A stretch of DNA of 64,000 nucleotides from Balanoglossus misakiensis (taxonomy: Eukaryota; Animalia; Hemichordata). The stretch spans positions 6,933,705-6,997,704 of the forward strand of contig CM082587.2 of NCBI GenBank assembly GCA_040954595.2. The letters are read 5' to 3'. The notes under the pieces were generated by a model. It saw nothing but the letters and a program-made list of their open reading frames with translations. It was not told the DNA's origin and searched no databases. A program made the translations under genes and the position numbers. Every line of letters starts with the position of its first letter. Within the stretch, counting starts at the first letter, position 1. Below, piece after piece: positions 59,573-64,000 of the stretch.

Positions 59573-61734
59573 ACTACATGTAAATAGCAAGGCATGGCTA
59601 GCTTGTCCTCCACTTGCACTTTTACGCATTTGCTTGTTCCGAATATCACACGTAAACATGTACTTGATTTCTAGTTCAGTCTTAGGTTTGTGACCCGACG
59701 AGTTATCGGCGCAGTTGGAAATTTATTGACATTTTCCTTTGGGCTCGCCTCGCTTTATGAGAAGCCTACAACTAAGACTCTTTTAGGGTGAATGAACGCT
59801 TTCAACTCTGTCAACCTTAACGGGCCCGACTAATCTAATACACTATGAACCCAGGGCCGGGGCAAGCAAACATTCTCATATTCTTATAAACAGGATGAAA
59901 GTGTTTTGTGAACGCATCCCCCAGTAAGTAGCTTTTTTAGGCATATACATGCACGTTTATTTTACTTTAAAAGCAAAGTCACGAAAAAACAATGCCAACA
60001 GTTGCAGCTCATGGGGATTTAAATTTCCTTGGATGAATTATCGCCAACATATTAAGGCCAATTTTCGGCCTAATAATTCGAGTGGCGCTTTAAACCTACA
60101 TGTGGGTGTCGTGGGACAGATATGGGAGCAATGTTATTATCAGGTGCATCTATCTTCAGACCCTAACCTGTGATGGGATAGCCGACGATGGAATGCATTA
60201 ACTAAACAGGGCCCTTGCACATCACCCGGAGTGCCGATTGTGGATGATAGCAAACGTTATTAAAAAATACTGGTGTCGATTTGTACAAGGTGTGGTGGCA
60301 CCGATCGTTGATAGATTGGTCGGGCGAAATCAGATGAGTCACTCGGGAGTGGGTGTGATACAGGCAGAAGCGCAGTCACCGTTACCAACTTTGGTGTGGA
60401 CATAGACCCTTGGGGGTCTGTGGTATGGATGGTTCGATGTTTTGTTTGTTGTTCTGATTGTTGCCAATGTATTTCTGCATGCCGTTACCATTTTGATAAT
60501 TATTAATTGTGGAAATGAATGTTATGATGTGAAGGAGCGCTTGTGTCCTTGTTGGGATTTTTTTCTGTGTTGTGAGTGGCGTCGTGATGTGGTTAACGTT
60601 CGATCCACAGGTGCCTGATGATGGCAAACGCCCTCAGGTGTACTGCATAGTACACTACAGATGAGGAATTCCGACAACTTCGGGCGCCTGTGGTTCTATC
60701 TATAGCCGCTCAATCCTTTTCTAAGTTCTTGCAATATTTCCGTAGTGGTCTTTGCCAATGAGGTAAAATTAAATGTGTATCTTTCAGCAACGATCGATGA
60801 ACTGGATTGATCTCGTTTGTGGGGCGACTATAGAAGACCAAAACAGGCAAACTCGTTTCGCGCACACGTTAATTTGGCGAACTGTTGTTTCCAATATGCG
60901 GGACTTTTATACAAGCTCTAAAAACAGGGTTGGTATGTTTGAAGTAGGTTTGGTCGACATGTCGGATGAACACGGATATCTTGTTTGGCCCCAGTCACGT
61001 TTGTTTACTGTTTGATTGTATCACTGATCAAGGGCGATGGTTGCAGGCATGCACATAGCTGGGTGCGTAGGCAGTGTAGACACATAGCTGTTTTCGAGTT
61101 GGTTTACATTTTCTGACGGTACCTGCGTGTTTACTATGCTTACAATCCGGTTTAATGATTTTGCCACATAACAATTATCTATCGCAAATCACACAAGAAT
61201 ATTCAGGCCCGACATCCTCATCCGTTAGTTAGTCTTCGGGTAGCTGTAACCTAATTCACATAGCGTTATACAACGACAGTCTTCTATGAGTCCAGGACAT
61301 GCACGTGCAGTGGTATGAGGACGCTCATTCTTTTAGTAGCCTCGGCGTGACTGCATGCACAAGCAGCGCGCCTGGGTTTTGCCTGGTATTGTACAAAACT
61401 CGAGCTACGGTGCTGCAGCTATAAACAATAAACCCCTACTTTGGTCAGTCAGTCCAAACACACACGGTGGCTTGGTTTATGGTAAAAACATAGCCAGTGT
61501 CCAAGTCCGACTGAACCTCAATACATGTATTGCTATCTACTTCTGGGACAACAGACGCGTACATGGGACTGCGGGGGAAGGAACTAAGCCTAAATCTGTC
61601 TCTTTTGATCTCTTATTTCGCCTTGCTTTATGTTCACCCCATAAATTAGTCGGGTTCGAAATCACTACCTCACTTTTCTTGTAGCAGAGCGCAGCCATGC
61701 GGTAGAAATGAGGAGTTCTTTCAGAAGCAGAGCG

Positions 61735-61993
61735 CCTAGCCCGCCACCAGTGGCCAATCGACAGAAAGGCGTAGGTCAAAGGTCATTATTGCTTCCTATG
61801 ATGACAGTCTTCGTTTTCACAGCCCGATCATCGTACGACGACGCCTGCAGTTCTGCTGTAACCGTTGTATTCTGACGAATTTATCGTCTTTGTTGATATA
61901 ACGGGATTGATCGCTGCTCTGCCTTTGTACGACGACAATTTTGTTATCGGTGCAGTTTGCCGATAAGTGACCCTAATCCGGTGGAAGGTAAGT
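61735..61993 (+). promoter_or_regulatory. Putative promoter and untranslated first exon of a gene extending beyond the window
   Basis: GC box CCCGCC, CCAAT (61754), perfect DR1 AGGTCAAAGGTCA (61773-61785), CpG-rich stretch, then consensus donor AAG|GTAAGT at 61987/61988. Confidence 0.4.
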
Positions 61994-63505
61994 TTTTCGG
62001 TAGAAAACACTGCAGTTACATTGATGATTTTGATCGGTGAACTCGCTCGTAACTCGAAGTTGTTATAAGTATGTGTCCATTCAAAATCGGTCAGTGTTAT
62101 GTTAATATTCTTCGTGAAAAAGATCGCAGTAAGTAAATGACGTGGCATTTACTTAACAACTCGATTGCCGATTCGTAAAATACGACCATCCGTCCAAAAC
62201 TGGCGAAAGAGAAGCTCGTTTTTCTCGACGTGTCGCAAGGGGTCAACTCACAACACTCAACAGGGATTAGTAATGGGCTTCTATTCATGATGGTACAATG
62301 TACGATCACAGACAATAGTATTTTATATACTTTGCTGCAGGAAAACCCCTCGCTGCTTTTTTGAATGGGAAAAATTCAGCGAATGTCCACGATTTCTGCA
62401 TTTTTAACAAAAACGGACCCTTAATAAGAAACCCAAGATGGGGGTTGTATTTATTGAAAAACGTTGCAGACTTGCTTGTGTGTATATTTACAATGTAGGA
62501 TTTCCAAAGACATGATTAACCACATTCAAATGACGATGGACTTCAATGCATCAATGCAACCCTCTTCCCAAAGCCTTGAAGACAGAGAAAAAATCTGACT
62601 GATTTTGCAGGTACAATGTATTGCTATGATGAATACCAACAATCTTACACTGTTCCTTCAATTCCGTTTGCTCTGACGGTAGAATCCAGTGTTCTTGAAA
62701 ATGCATGTAGCCTGTAGTGCTTAATAGCTGTACAGGTTCTGTAATGAGAAACTCCCCCAGAGACAGTTTAAACACAGAGTGTTTTGTTACTGATAAGCAT
62801 TTATTGCAATGCTCCATATATCACTTCGTAAACAAGAACTTGTTAGCCTGTCTGGCAGGAATCTGAGAAACCTGTGGGAATGGAAATGTGGCCTGCCTAC
62901 TCACGCACCCGCGAAAGTTTGTGTTTCTTCAAGGTTGGGCTGTAAAGAGGGGCCGTGACGCTTTTCCATAGTATCACTGATAACTGTTAACGTTGTAGCG
63001 ATGAGATTGCAACAAGGTTGTTGAATGGGTAGTGTATGTTCTCCATCATGCTCTGCATCATTTTCTGCAGAGGGTGTGTAACCTTGACGAACAGGTCACT
63101 TGTTGCCTCACAAGCTATTAGGGTGAGAGTTTATTAACCTGTATGAGCGCACAAAAATCATTGGTGTATCAGACCCTGACTGTGCAGCTAACTGCGTGAC
63201 TTCCCGAAAATGAATCTGAAGGTGGCCATGCCTACTGCATGTAGTGCTCCAACACATCCTCTGGCAAATGAATCATATACCGGTATGTTAGTGATATGGA
63301 ATGAACATCATATCTTGTGGATAAATCATATTGGGTGCAGTGCATTAGTTTCAGCAGGGGATGTACATGTATCATAAAATGGTATGGAATTATGTCTAGA
63401 GGATGGACTGTGGCTGAAGGATGGAATAATATCTGGAAGCTGTTTCCTGTATGGTAGGAAGTGACTGGTACATGACAAGCAAGCAAAGCTCAGGTTGTGA
63501 CAGGT

Positions 63506-63560
63506 TTAAAGGGACAAAGTCGCTAACTTTTGACATTATTTTGGTTTCATTTGATGAAAT
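63506..63560. mobile_element. Left terminus of a TTAA-AGGGACAAAGT family element; right end not seen
   Basis: TTAAAGGGACAAAGTCG is identical to the left end at 28619. Confidence 0.5.
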
Positions 63561-64000
63561 TCTACATAATGAAACATGCTCAGTGACTTGTGATAACTCA
63601 ATCAACACCATATCAGGTCAACAAAAGAATTTTCTCAATTTTACGACATACAAATCAAATACAGGACTCTTACCAGGCCCAAATTCTGATTTGCACATTG
63701 CACATTTTATAATGCCATGATACCAAAAATAAATGTGCATGTACAAATGTGGGTTGCATTCACCAGTGCAAGTATTCACACCAGCAAATTGACCGAGATC
63801 TTTATATACACACAGCCAATCTAAATATTTATCCTACAGAGCTGCAGGGGTTTTCTCAGTTTAATTGAGACCTAATGAAGCCGCTGTGATCACGGGTTTG
63901 ATAAAACACTACCCAGATGGCATTTGTGGTTTTGCTCCTTAACATGATAGTTTACGCTTGGAAGGGGAAAAAAATGTCTTCAACTTGAGTGACCGTATTA

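Noticed and set aside
60382-63720. Scattered 70-110-aa ORFs
   Set aside because: No homology cues or codon bias; consistent with random ORFs in intergenic or intronic DNA

Overview
Eukaryotic (metazoan) genomic DNA with GT-AG introns. A marine invertebrate deuterostome such as a hemichordate or echinoderm is my guess from gene content and repeat style, but this is inference only. The first ~12.7 kb is a near-homogeneous 88-bp satellite array (~144 units) that switches orientation at ~929. It is followed by ~3 kb of diverged internal duplications that may host a spliced non-coding transcript. Five intron-containing genes were reconstructed by hand with consistent exon phases: EDF1/MBF1 (-, 149 aa), a Ca-binding mitochondrial carrier SCaMC/SLC25A23-25-like (-, 468 aa), a flavin-containing monooxygenase (-, 528 aa), an ST8Sia-like sialyltransferase (+, 389 aa) whose VS-motif catalytic His reads Asn, and an 18-exon secreted protein (+, 975 aa). 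That last protein has four tandem SOUL heme-binding domains and a symmetric kringle exon inserted inside the fourth, and is the most striking finding. There is also an intronless 182-aa ORF with a degenerate HEPN-like motif, many MITE/foldback elements, a LINE remnant, and a probable promoter and first exon near 61.8 kb. Family assignments come from motif recognition, not database searches.
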